Notes under the pieces: generated by a model
What the model was told of the DNA's origin: nothing
What the model saw: the letters and a program-made list of their open reading frames with translations, nothing else
The model's database searches: none
Origin: Bispira polyomma
Taxonomy: Eukaryota
Assembly: GCA_965649765.1 (NCBI GenBank)
Contig: OZ287748.1
Coordinates: forward strand, 99,014,001 to 99,078,000
Direction: 5' to 3'
Length of the DNA: 64,000 bases
Position numbers and translations under genes: made by a program
Shown: one piece after another, positions 49,115 through 61,900 of the stretch
How the letters are laid out: every line of letters begins with the position of its first letter
Numbering within the stretch: position 1 is the first letter of the stretch

Positions 49115-50847
49115 CTTGTTCAATTTGGCCAGAAATAGTTGCTTTGTCAAAGTACTCGTGAATATTGGCAGTTGATAGTCATTTCCATTCACTCCCCATA
49201 CACCAGCAGATTGAATTAATTGGCCAGTGTGATGCAACATATCATTCATATAAACAAAAGCTTTTCCTTTTAAGGTTTTTGAATCAACATCCACCATGTT
49301 GCCTCGATATTTTACTCGTACAACTACTTCCATTTGGTTCACTTTACAATCCCTTAAAATCGGATCAGCCTCCCATGTATTGCCTACAATCTTGATCCTT
49401 CCCTGTTTTGTCTCTACATTTTGATAATCTAGCCTCAGTTGGCCAGATATTTCAAAGTGCTTAGTATCCCCAAAAGCTTTCAAACTTTCTGCAGGCACCC
49501 ACTCCTCACACACCGTCTTCATTCCCTGGTTCTGCAGCCATATAATCTCCCCTTTAAACTGGTATGGACTTAGTGTAAGGTCTTCAGCCTGTGCAAATCC
49601 AGTGTAGGTATTCCCAGAAACAAAGACTGGTCTGTATTTAGGTTGGTCATCCATTACTGTCGAACTTTGAGGCTTAACTTGCCCAAAACTGTTACAGGAC
49701 AAAGTTCCTCTTCCCAAGGAACTTTGATGACACAATTTGTACTGTTACAGGCAAAGAACTTCTTTATAGTGTTGTTACAAGTCAAGGCAGTCGATTCTGT
49801 CAACATCTCAAAGATATCTTTTTGTTCACTGTGCTTTCTCATAATACCAACTAAATTTTTTAAGAACCAAGACCCTTGTTTATTTGATACATAGCTTTGT
49901 TTTGTGTGCATTGTTGCATAGGCAACCAAGATATCTTTTCTGGTAATGGATGGCAACAATGTTGGTTTGTTGTCTTCATTATCGGATTGTGGACTTAAAT
50001 CAACACGTACAGCAGCTGCATGTGTGTCGTCGGCACCTCGACATGCTTGAAAAAAAAAGCATTTTGGAACATTTTTTAATGAGGCCACATTATTATGTGT
50101 AAAGGTGTTTATTATCTCTTCTTGAGTTATCACACAAACCTCATTGTTACACATTTCATCCTCTTGTCCATCCGTCCCTTGCTGACACATAATGATTCCT
50201 TTGTCAGTCCCATGGCTCAGTACAAACATGATGAATTTGTCATACTTTCTGTTTTCCTTTAAAAAGAGTTGAATATTTGATAGAGCTTTCCTGAACTGTT
50301 GACTGCTCAAATTTCTAAATGTTGACCCAAATAAATCTGTCTTCACATCAAAATTAAACATGTCACTTTTAAAGAGGTTTTCAAGCGACTCTATATCTTC
50401 CTTGTAGCCTAATAAAACCCGATTTTCGTCTCCCAATACTAATTCCTCAGGGATGAAGTTAGCCATAATAATACAAATACCCTTTCCTCCAGTAGGGTAT
50501 CTACTGGAATCCACATTACCAGAGGGGCTGCTCTCCTGTGTACCCAAATGAGGGAAGCCATGTGTATGTTGGCTGTCATATCTACTATTTTCTGGTGCCG
50601 GGGCAGAGATGTTCGTTGTAGTCTCACTGGTATAACGTATGTTATCCTGGCTACTTATTCTGTTGCCCTGTGTAGGGGAGTCATGTTGTGTATGTTTACC
50701 GTCGTCTTTACTCCCATTTTCTGGTGCCAGCGCAGAGGTGCTTGGGGTAGTCGCACTGGTATTAGGTTTGTTATCTCGGCTACTTGATTTGTTGCCCTGT
50801 TGTTCCAACTTATTGGACTTCCCAAAGCATGAGAGAAGTCGAGACAT
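49115..50847 (-). CDS. Caspase-like cysteine protease (C14A fold), main exon, with frameshifted C-terminal extension
   Basis: KGICIIMAN, FIMFVLSHG (50209-50217), PKCFFFQACRG (50035-50049), DILVAYAT, GSWF; second frame 49735-49115 ends at canonical donor AAG|GTGAGT. Confidence 0.9.
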
Positions 50848-50964
50848 GTTATTGGCAATCCAATAACTGTAAATCAGAACAATATTCTTCTTATTGTGTT
50901 ATTCTTTTAAATCGACAAATTTCTTTATCATGCCTTCTCACCAGAGTCTTGTTGCTAATAAATT

Positions 50965-51115
50965 AACACACACATACACACACCCACACACACTTTCGAA
51001 ACCAAAAGTACTAAAATACGGTATTTGGTTGACTTTCGAGTGTTGTAATCGGATCTTATCCAATCAGAAATAGGCTTTAATAACTTAGATAAATACAAAA
51101 CCTTAATTGGCTGAA
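50965..51115 (-). promoter_or_regulatory. Candidate upstream regulatory region of the caspase gene (CA repeat, CCAAT boxes)
   Basis: (CA)n at ~50967-50993; CCAATCAG ~51060 and ATTGGCTG ~51106; motif match only. Confidence 0.25.
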
Positions 51116-51352
51116 CACGCCAGTGGTATTTGGTTCGTGCATCAGTATGGTTTGTGTATGTACACGATGAATTTATGAATCAGTTTTTACTGTGTAAATA
51201 TATGAACTTTTGCTTTTAAAATGGGTTCTTATACGTTTTTTTCTGAAAAGATAGTTATCACGAAAGATTTAGTTTCATTGTGTCTATTGTGTATTGTATC
51301 CAGCCTACTAATAAAAATGTTCTTTTGATTTGCATTATATAAAACTGAATAC

Positions 51353-53219
51353 TACGGAAGAGTATAAGGGCCACCTTTTTTTTTTTTTTTTTTTTTTTTT
51401 TGAATTGTCGAGATAGTATCTCGATTAATCGAGATAATTTAGATGAAATTTTTTTTTATTTTTGAATTGTCGAGATAATATCTTGATAAATCGAGATAAT
51501 TTAGAAACAATTTTTTTTTTTTTGAATTGTCGAGATAATATCTCGATAATTCGAGATAATTAAAAGGAATTTTCTTTTAATTGTCACCATATTAATTATC
51601 CACCATGGAGAAGGAAGGTGTGTGATTGGCCAACTGAACAGCCAACATGGAAAAGGACACAAACAGTCATCGGGTCAAAGTTAATCAGCAGTCACAGAGA
51701 TCAAAAGTAGTTAATTAGCATATAGTCATGGGGTCAAAAGTAGTTAATCAGGGCAAGACACAAACCGTCATAGATGTCAAAAGTAGTTAATTAGGGCTAG
51801 ACACAAACAGTCATAGAGGTCAAAAGTAGTTAATCAGCAAACAGTCATAGGGTCAAAAGTAGTTAATCAGGGCAAGATATAAACAGTCAGAGTTAGAGTC
51901 AAAAGTAGGTAATCAGGCTTTTAACAAAAGTCAATTTCAACAAAATTGGTCAGTATTTATCCTTTTATCTACTAATTACAATTTTAGGTGACCAAGAAGT
52001 TAGGGCCATTTTAACATAATTAGGTTAACCATGAGTATAGATAACACAGTGACTTTGAGGTCACCTTACTAAACTATAGAGAATTACCATTTTAAATTAC
52101 CAAGGGTGACTTAAAGTCAACATAATGTGAATGACTTTAAGGTTAACATTAACTATAATAACCATGCTTTTAAGGTTAACTTTAATTAGGAAAAGTAGAA
52201 TGACTTAATGTCATCTACCCATTATAGCATACTACTAGTAAAGAAGAGACTTAAGCTCATCTTACATTCAGTTTAAGTTACTTAAATCTTTACTAGTAAC
52301 TCAGCAGTTTTAGTTAACGCAACCTTAAAGGCTACCTTTTAAAATAAACTGCCATTTATATTTAAGGGATTACTTGTAGTATGTTACAAATGCGTTATAT
52401 ACATAATTTACTAAAATGCCCAATCGCTATGCTATCAACTATTGTACATTGTAAAATAAAATATATTATACCAAAAAAAGAGAAAATCTTCTTAATTATC
52501 TCGATTTATCAAGATATTATCTCGACAATTCAAAAAAAAAAATAGGTAATACTGACCAATTTTGTTAAAATTGACTTTTGTTGAAAGCCTGATTAACTAC
52601 TTTTGACCCTATGAGTGTTTGCTGATTAACTACTTTTGACCTCTATGACCGTTTGTGTCTGGCCCTAATGAACTACTTTTGACCTCTATGACTGTTTGTG
52701 TCTAGCCCTAATTAACTACTTTTGACATCTATGACTGTTTGTTTCTTGCCCTAATTAACTACTTTTGACCCCAAGACTGTTTGCTGATTAACTACCTTTT
52801 GATCTCTATGACTGTTTGCTGATTAACTTTTGACCCGATGACTGTTTGTGTCCTTCTGCATGTTGGCTGTTCAGTTGGCCACTCACACACCTTCCTTCTC
52901 CATGGTGGATAATTATTTCAATTTATCGAGATAGTATCTCGACAATTCAAAAAAAAAAAAACAATTCTTATTATCTTGATTTATCGAGATATTATCCCAA
53001 CAATTCAAAAAAAATATATATATTTTTTTTCAATTATCTCGATTTATCGAGATATTATCTCGACAATTCAAAAAAAAAATTCTGATTATTTTGATTTTTT
53101 GGAGATATTATCTAGACAATTCAGAAAAAAAAATATTTTTTCCTTATTATCTCGATTTATCAAGATATTATCTCGAGAATTCAAAAAAAAAAAAAAGTTG
53201 GCCCTTTCACTCTTTCATA
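51353..53219. mobile_element. Foldback-like DNA transposon with ~600-700 bp modular inverted arms
   Basis: Tips TACGGAAGAGTATAAGGGCC / GGCCCTTTCACTCTTTCATA; ~60-bp palindromic TCGAGATAATATCTCGA units; 51594-51960 is the reverse complement of 52547-52913; GTCAAAAGTAGTTAAT subrepeats. Confidence 0.9.
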
Positions 53220-53262
53220 CTGTCTGATATTCCACTGAAATTCATAATTTACTCAAGGATAA

Positions 53263-53470
53263 TACGGAAGAGTGAAAGGGCCACATAGCATTCTTGTTGT
53301 AATTTTTTATCTTTATAAATCAATTCAATATTGATGTATCGACTTATGGACCTTGATTTATCAACGTTTTGTCTTAATATATCAACTTAGCTATCTCGAT
53401 TTATCAACTTGTTATGTTAATAAATTCAGATAAGTCGATAAAGACTTTATCAGTTTTCTAGCATAAATGG
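53263..53470. mobile_element. Left end of a second element of the same TACGGAAG family
   Basis: TACGGAAGAGTGAAAGGGCCAC followed by ATCGAC/TCGAT subrepeats. Confidence 0.6.
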
Positions 53471-53989
53471 CTGGGCGACACACATAAAGTTAATAAAAAC
53501 ATTATAGTAATAACAGTTTTGTATTAGTAATAAATATGGTAAAACTAGATGATCTGTTAGATTTTAGCGTTAACTGAGTGTTTTGAGGAATGTATGTATT
53601 TTGGTGGGTCTAAAAAGTGTCCTAATGTGAAACCCACACTGTAATTTACATTTCAGTTTAATCTATAAATACCTCAATTCAGGTCTCTCTCGGCATTTCA
53701 GGCAATATTTGTCTTCTTATGCATGTCAACTCCACGCAAGACATAGTAGAATCTAGGCTTACTTAAGTGTCCCTATCTTTGTACAATCAGTTCATAGGTC
53801 AAAAAGGCATTAAGATACCTTACATGCTCAGTGCGCAAAGTTTATCATCTGTGAACACATGTTAAATGATATATTTGGTAAAAGTTCTATAAATATCCCC
53901 AACAAGTAAGTTTACAAATGAATATATAGCTTATAAAATAAGCCTAGTACCACCAATTCAAAATAACATGTTGAAACTAAGACATAAAT

Positions 53990-54250
53990 CTGTTAACATG
54001 AGCTCACATATAAAAACTATGCTCACAATTTATAGCTTGTGCAGACAGATAAAAATATGTGCTCACAGTTTTTATCTGTTTTTTATCTATGTGCACAATG
54101 TAAAAAACTGTGCTAACGATTTAATAAACTCTGCACACGAGTTAAAAAAACTATGATCCGATTTAATAAACTGTGCTCACTAATTATACACTGTGAGGAC
54201 AAAATAATATGGGTAAAAACAAATTATAATGTCTCCGCCATGTCTCCATA
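53990..54250. repeat. MITE remnant with TGTGCAC-type subrepeats
   Basis: Repeated AAACTGTGCTCAC units ending ATGTCTCCGCCATGTCTCCATA. Confidence 0.5.
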
Positions 54251-56764
54251 CTTTTGCAGGGGCAGTGTTTAGAAAGTATGTAACTCGACTGGCTTACGAA
54301 AGTTACCAGCTAGAAATCAATCTCAAAAAAGAACCCACGTTTGTGCAAAGTATGCTTTTTATACATATAGCTAGATTACGTGTATATTGCAAAGTGCACC
54401 ATTTTTTTGGAAGATTATAACTGTCCAGCATGTGCTTTCAGTTTCAGATATTATGTTGAAGTGTTTATTTCAACACCCACTGTAGGTTGTTTGTATTTGA
54501 GCTGTTTGTAAATTCATTTGGAAAAGGATTTAATATAAATTGTTTTTTTTTTCCATCACTTGTGTAGTTTATTTCCTAGATACATCATTGCAAAATGCTT
54601 TCCTTATTTATAACAATAACTTGTATACTTGAGATGTTTCGTCATACGTATCACTTTATCTCATATGCACCATTTTTCCTTCATATATCATTTTATAGTA
54701 AGTAAAATTAGTCGCTAGCTCCTTGGCCTTTTATGATTCACCAAAAGTCTCCAACTCCACTCAAGTGAACTCAAATGTATAACTCTTTGGTTTACTGAGA
54801 ACTTGGAGAGTGGCAGTGGAGGCTAAAGGTGTAGCAATATTTTTTACTTTATATTGGAGAGCTGTGACGCAATTGAAGCACAGTAATTTATTAAAAATTA
54901 TATCTGTTTGGATAATATAGGATCATGCATTAGTTAATAGCTGTGAAGCAATTAAGGTCCAGTAATAATCACAAATTTTAGATATCTGTTCGTTATGTGC
55001 TGTCATGGTTGACACATTAACATTAAAAATCTGTTTTGAACAATAGACAACACACAAACAGCTGTTTAAATGGACATAAACTGTAATTTATATTATTCAT
55101 TTTGATAGAACTTTCATCGCTGAATGAACATTCCGAGTCTATGCGTCCTCTCTCTCTCTCTCACTAGAGATAAAGGGACCTTAGATTTGAGTTTAAGATT
55201 CTTTGAAAACATTATAATTTTTATATATTATTTATCCAGCAAGGATACTCAAACACCAAAACTGTACAGTGTAGCGTTATGATCCGCCTACCTTAAATAT
55301 AAAAACAACGACTCTGCAGGTATTAGCCTTCATGAAATCTCTAGCATAGACAACATAAAATATTTTCCTTATATTAGTGTACTTTTTCACAACTTCGCCA
55401 ATCTAATTTATTTGACCAGGTTTATTAAACATTGGCAATAAAGAACCTCTGAAATATTAAAGACAGATCACAGCTTGTATAAACTAGACTGTACATGAAC
55501 AACATTTGGCATGCTCATAAGAAATCTTTTTCTGCATTAAATCAAGACCAGGATAGACAACGGATTATAGATATAAATGAACTGATAGAATAGCCTTGCT
55601 TATGGCTCAAGTTTGTTACAAACTCTCTTTAATTTGAAACTAATTTAAGAAATATAATTTCAAATAGACAAGTAGAATTTAGCACAATGTATTCAATTAA
55701 TGTCAAGATATGCTGTGTCCAGCAATGTACGAGTACATCATGACAACATTAAATCTCTTATGTCATATGTTGAATACGTTCAGTATCAAATAAGACTCTC
55801 TTTTCAACTTGAGCCTTAAGAAGGGCGGCATGGACTTAATAGCAAGGTATGAAGCTTTCTCCAAATCCAAGTGTTATTAAAATATTTGTCGTTATAACTT
55901 TTACAAATATACTATGTCAATCTAGCATTATTTATATCTTGCATGCTATATTTAATATTTACAGTACTAGTATTGAGATCAAAGATTTACATGTCTCAAA
56001 TCACTCTATTGTCAGTAAATGTACCATACTTAGCTCTTTATGTTGAATATGCAAATACTGTGTCTTGAATTAAAAATATGTGTGTGTGTTTCAGATTAGC
56101 TAGAAACCATAATATAATAAGCTTGCATAACTAAAAGGGTCGACATCAAGTGTTAAAGTAAAAAAGTGTTATTTCCCCTTTCTTATAAAATAGACTTTCG
56201 CAGGCTCCAGTTTGGAATATATAACAATATTTAAATAAATATATATATATGAAAACAATATACTACCACAGATCAAAATGTTCAATTAAGTTTTTATTGT
56301 TTTCCAGAGTTTCATTATATAATCTCTTCTTCTAGGATTTAAAGTGCCAACTAGCCACTTTTTATAGCAAAGGTACTGTCATCCCGAACCAGCTTTGGTA
56401 GTTCCCCTAGCTGAATACAGGGGCTTTGGGATGATCATTTATCAAAGACCCCAAGGTTCTTTAGCCTGTTACTGGACAAACGACCCACTGAGTGAGGGTT
56501 GGCATTTAACTAGTCACCTGGGAAGCAATAGTACAGTGGTTTCAGTCTATAAAGTTAAAGTAACGTTCAATTCATTGATAATAATGAAAAAGGTATATTT
56601 TATATATGGTAATATTTGAAATAGATAACATACATTTGTAAATATTGCAAGATTGAGCAAAGTACTTATCTTAGGTACTCGGTTCTCATTAAATACTGGA
56701 CTTAGAACCCTGAGATTTTCACATCATTCATAAATTAAATGCCGAAATCCCAATATTGTGCCAA

Positions 56765-57320
56765 ACCTAATCTAACTTTTACAGCAACTTATCTCCATAC
56801 TAGCAGATTCTAAGACGCATGAAACAGAAATATCATTTTCATAATTTCATATAGCTATTAGATGTAAAATGGTCATGACTGTAGAGATGCCAGAATTGGA
56901 AATGAGGCTGAGGTGGAAAAGGCATGATAAAAAGGTAGGTTTTGAGCTTCCTTCAAAATCAAGTAAGTGAGAGGGCAGTGCAAATATCACGAGGCAGATC
57001 ATTCCACAGCTTAGGAGCATCATGTGAGAAACTATTGTAGAAATGGCTTTTTGACCTATAAACTGATCTTACAAAGGTATAGACACTTAAGAAAGCCTTA
57101 TCCGGCCTACTACACCTTGTATTGAGTTGACATGCAAAAGGAGAAAAGTAAGGACTGAAATACCAAGGGAAACCTGAAATGGGGTATTTAAAGATTAAGG
57201 TAGCAGTTTTAAATATTGCCCTATATTTGATAGGCAACCAGTGGAGGGTTTTTTGAATACGGGAGTAATGTGAGTAAACTTAGACTTTCATATTACTATC
57301 CGCACCAAACGGTTTTGGAC
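56765..57320 (-). mobile_element. L2 LINE 3' fragment
   Basis: LHWLPIKYRAIFK...SFSHDAPKLWNDLP; (GATTA)-type tail; duplicated at 63400-63870. Confidence 0.85.
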
Positions 57321-58989
57321 ACACTTTGAAGTACATCATGACAGCATTAAATATGCGTTAAAAAAGTTCTAAATTAAATGTAACTTTCTGATCATCTTGA
57401 GCCTTAAGCAAGGTGACTTGCATTTTATAGCTACAAATGAAGCTTTCCCCTGATCCAGGTTTTTATAAAAATATTTGTTGTTAAACCTTTCACATTGACT
57501 GTTGGTCCATATGTCAATCTAGTTTATATCTGACACGCTGGATTAAACATTTTAAATACTAGTATTGAAGTCAAGATTTACATGTCTTAAATTCCTCCAT
57601 TTTTAGTAAATGTACCGTACTTAGCTCTTACAATGCAAATATCTACAATTGTGTCTGAGGGTGTCTTTTAAATTAAAAAGATATGTGTGTTTCAGATCAG
57701 CGAGAAAACATAATCTTATAAGTTTGCATAACTGAAAGGATCGACAGCATATTTGACTGCGCGATAATATTTAATGAATTGTTATTTTCCCTTCCTTATT
57801 TTTGTTCCGTCAGACCCTTTTAGGAGGTTCCTATTCTGGTATTCCAGGTGATACTTTATTAATATCCTAAGATATGTGTGTATATTAGCACAATTAAAAA
57901 CCTTAACAATCAACACTGAAGGAGAGAGAGAATAATATATTCACATATTACATATTACATTCACAATCACTGTATTTTTACTTTTCCACAGACATAATTT
58001 ATTTATTTTTCTTTTGGAATGAAGAATATAAAGACAAATCACAGGGTTTAATCATAGGTATTTCTTTCTGTATTGCTATTATTACCACAGAAAATTCAAA
58101 TATTTTACATTAACACCAGTCACAAATAAAAGGTTCACTCTTAACGGCATTCTATTTAAATAATGCAGAGTATCTTTTGTAATATGCTAACAGCATCAAT
58201 AAATCCACACACAGTATAAACATTAATGAATATCTTTAACTTTGAGGTTATATGTTTTACAAAGTTATTACATGCAACACTGTCACTGTTGCTAGCCCAT
58301 TCTTTATATATGCAGTACTGGCCAATCGAAAATATCAATTTTTATGTTTTGCATACCTAATATTAATATTTTTAAGCTGAAATTTAGGTTCAGTACTTAA
58401 AAAATCTTTTTCCAAATGATTATTTTATGTAAGCATAGAAAAAACATATGTTTTACTGTTTCAACATCTCCAAATAACAAACACCTATCGTGTGACATAA
58501 GGCCCCACTTACACAATCTCTTTCGTCATGGTAGGATATTACTCAGAAGCTTATAATTAAATTCACACAATTTCTTATCAGAGATATACTTATATGTTTT
58601 ATATTTTGAATCTATATGTTGTGGTATAGTTATAATTATCTAAATTGAACAAATTATTGAAGTATTGCCAAGACTTCGGTTGAATAATCTTTAGTTTGAC
58701 AATTTCTATGTAATGTTCTTTTGTTGATCTATATTTTGGTGTACAAATTAAGGCATTCTGTATATTATCAAGTAGAAGGTAAACGTTTTAGTCCATATTT
58801 TACTCGATAAACTTCACTTGAATAGTTTGATTAGGTTGTCAATTTTGAGAGAATGTATGAATCACAGATTCTGCTTCAATAATTTTTCCTTCCTTATAAC
58901 ATAGACTTTCACAGGCTCCAGGTTCGAATATATAATATTAATAAAAAATATATACATTGTTGACGAATATAATCTTCTGTTTTAAGTAA

Positions 58990-61900
58990 AGTCATTAAAC
59001 TGTGTGAGGCACCACTAAGATGGTGGAGTGATCAGTTCTAGGGGACCAGTCTAACTTCAGTTCACGGTTCATTAAGTAGTACTATAAAATCCTCGGCATT
59101 TCAAATATTCTACCCTTTCAAACTCGGCTGCAGAACTAACAACTTAGGACAACAACGGAGGTCACCAAAAAAGGCGGCAATCTTACAAAGAGTTGATGTT
59201 TACAATTTCCTTTATATGTTTTTAGTATACTGGTTTTAATATACGAGTTTATATTATTATCACTTGATTTTATTGTAACGTGCATGATGCCTAAAGTTAA
59301 GGTGTATGGTTGTACCAAGTGTGGCACAAAGCACATTCCTCCAGTTGGTAGCAAGTGTAAAAATGTCTTATCCGAAGACTCAGTAGCGCAAGAGCTTATA
59401 TCCGATGAGAAAGGCATTGACGCTAGTTTGATTGCTTCTGATGGTCTGGGCAGATATTGGCCCAGCTCCAGGCAATGGGTCAGATGATGGAGCGACTCAA
59501 CAAACGTGTCTAGCTCACGGAAACAACTTTGTCAGAGAATGCTAACAAAAAACAGGTCAGTTCTGATATCGTTCCTAGCAAAGATTCTGCTTGCTCAAGT
59601 GGGGAAAGTATACAAAACAGTGACAACAATGTTGTCTCGAGTGTTCAGTCCTAAAGCAGAATGGGGGCGCGGTGGCCTAGTGGTTAGCAAGCATTGTGCT
59701 TCACAATCACTGGTCTCTCACCTCTGGACTGCATGAGTTCGAATCCCGTCGATGCCTATGTGGGAAAAGTGGTACTTCCTTACTGTGGGCCGCTGGTTTC
59801 AGTGCAGAACCTTGACCGACTGTATGCAGTGTTTCCTCCAGCGTTTCCAACTACCCATCCCAATATAACCTACTAAAAGGCACTAGAGTGGACGTTAAAT
59901 ATCCAAATTCAAATTCAAAATCCTAAAGCAGAATGCTAGTATTCAAAGTCAGGTTGATTTAAGGTTAGCTGAGCTCAAGTATCTGAATGAAAACCCCGTT
60001 AAAAGTAAGATAAAGTCACAAAGGGGCCGGAGGGGTTGATGTTTTGGTAAAGCGCTTGGTCGAGTGGCCCCAAAACCATGTACTCACGGGAAACTTTAAA
60101 ACCCGGCCTTGTTATGACGACCTTATTTTAAACCAGTGGATGTATGGGTTCACACGTATTATTCAGGATGAGAAGTCCCCCAAAACAAGAGATAATGCTA
60201 GACTACATGGCAGGACTGATGGAGGACTCCCAGGATGTTGATAAGCTTGATCGTCTTAGACGGGCCTACGCACAGAGACATGAGTAGCTTTTAAAATTCT
60301 GCTACACAGGGCGCCGGTAAAAGCAACACTTTGACAAAAACGGGCACAGTCAACTGTATATTTTATCAGGATGGGTCTTGTAAGTATCCGGGTAGCCACA
60401 AAATGGGTACCACGTTCTTTAAACATGCATGTGAAACCTGTAGTGGGGCACATAAAAGCAGTAGCTGCAGCAAAAAGCTTGCAAAAAACTAAGAGACTAC
60501 TGCAGCAAGCACGAAAACCTGATCAAGACGAAGTAAATAAATGTCAAAATACAGTCCTTACCCATAGGGTCAATGGAAACAGCACACAACCCGTCGGAGG
60601 TGTGAACCTTAACAATGTCAATTCCAAAACTGGTTGTCACACTGCCATTGTCCCATTTCCTCGTGGGAAAAGCACTGTGCAGAGCAAAGCTGGGGGTAAC
60701 TTTAGGAGGTGTGCAAATGAATCTACTAAACACAAGTGGCAATATCATAAATGATCCAAAGGGTGTGGCTGTAAAAAACAGATTATAAATACTACAAAAT
60801 GTAGACCAAATTAACAATGCCACCAACCAAGACCCAATTGTGGGTTCTGTTGTAGGTAATTACATAACCGGAGTAAATCGGGCTCAAAGAATGGGTAACA
60901 AAAAAAGGGTTAAGGCCCTCACACACCAAGCGGATCCAGTCAAATTCAATACAAGTGATAATACAATTTAAAGTGTAGGCACTGACAAGTATGCCCGTGA
61001 ACTCGAACAAAAGATAAATAAGAGAGACCTCTTGGATAGGGCTAAAACGTGTAAAACATACTGTGCTTGGCTTGACCAAAACAAGGTAGATTACGGTTTT
61101 ACCCTATTAACAGACTTGGGAATTAGAGTGTGGGACAGTGGTTCCAAAAATTATAGTTATGATATTTTGAACATGCATAAAATAATGCGTGAAGATTGCA
61201 GACAAAATTTTAGAGGATTACAAATTCCATTCAGCTCGCAGTTAAATCCTAAGAAGAAGGCCCAGTATCTTACAGCATATTGGGACTGGCAGCTCCCTCT
61301 ATTAATTAAATATAATTCCCCTATAGATGTCAGGCGTGAGAATATTGATCAGTCAAAAGTGAGTAATCATAAGTCGGTTAATAATTTTCCTCAGTACGTG
61401 GACACATATCCCGCTGATGAGTGTAAGTCTGGTACCATACTAGGCCCTTTTACAAAACCACCCATAGACAATATGCATTTCTCTCCTATGATCTAGTTCT
61501 ATCAATAGAAGAGTCATTGTAGATCTCAGCTGGCCTATTGGGCTTATTGGCTATTGTAAATGCAGAGGCGTCTGCCAGTATCTTGGGACGGAATTTCTAT
61601 TGTCCTATCCCTCTGTGGATAATATAACTAGGGACGGAATTTCTATTGTCCTATCACTTTGTGGATAATATAACTAGGGAAGTGGCAGAGTTTGGCAGAA
61701 GTTGTCACATTTTCAAAGTTGATATAAGCCCGTGCGTTTAGGCACATGCCTATTGATCCTGGGGATGTCGATTTACTTGGTTTGAAGTGCAGGTCCTATT
61801 ATCTGGACAGAATACTGAGGTGGTTTGTCTAGGTATCCTAATAAACACTGAGACTTTCACTACATCCATTCCTCCAGAAAAATTGGAGCAAATTAAAGCA

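Noticed and set aside
51400-53180. Palindromic ~37-bp repeats with ~25-bp gaps resembling a CRISPR array
   Set aside because: The gaps are poly-T/poly-A tracts and the arrays are mirror images within TIR arms.
59664-59750. tRNA gene (also 42770-42847 and 39345-39436)
   Set aside because: A/B boxes are present but there is no cloverleaf or acceptor stem; SINE body follows (with tail and TSD at 59664).
61586-61680. 46-bp tandem duplication within DIRS RT
   Set aside because: Simple post-insertion slippage in a dead element; no functional signal.
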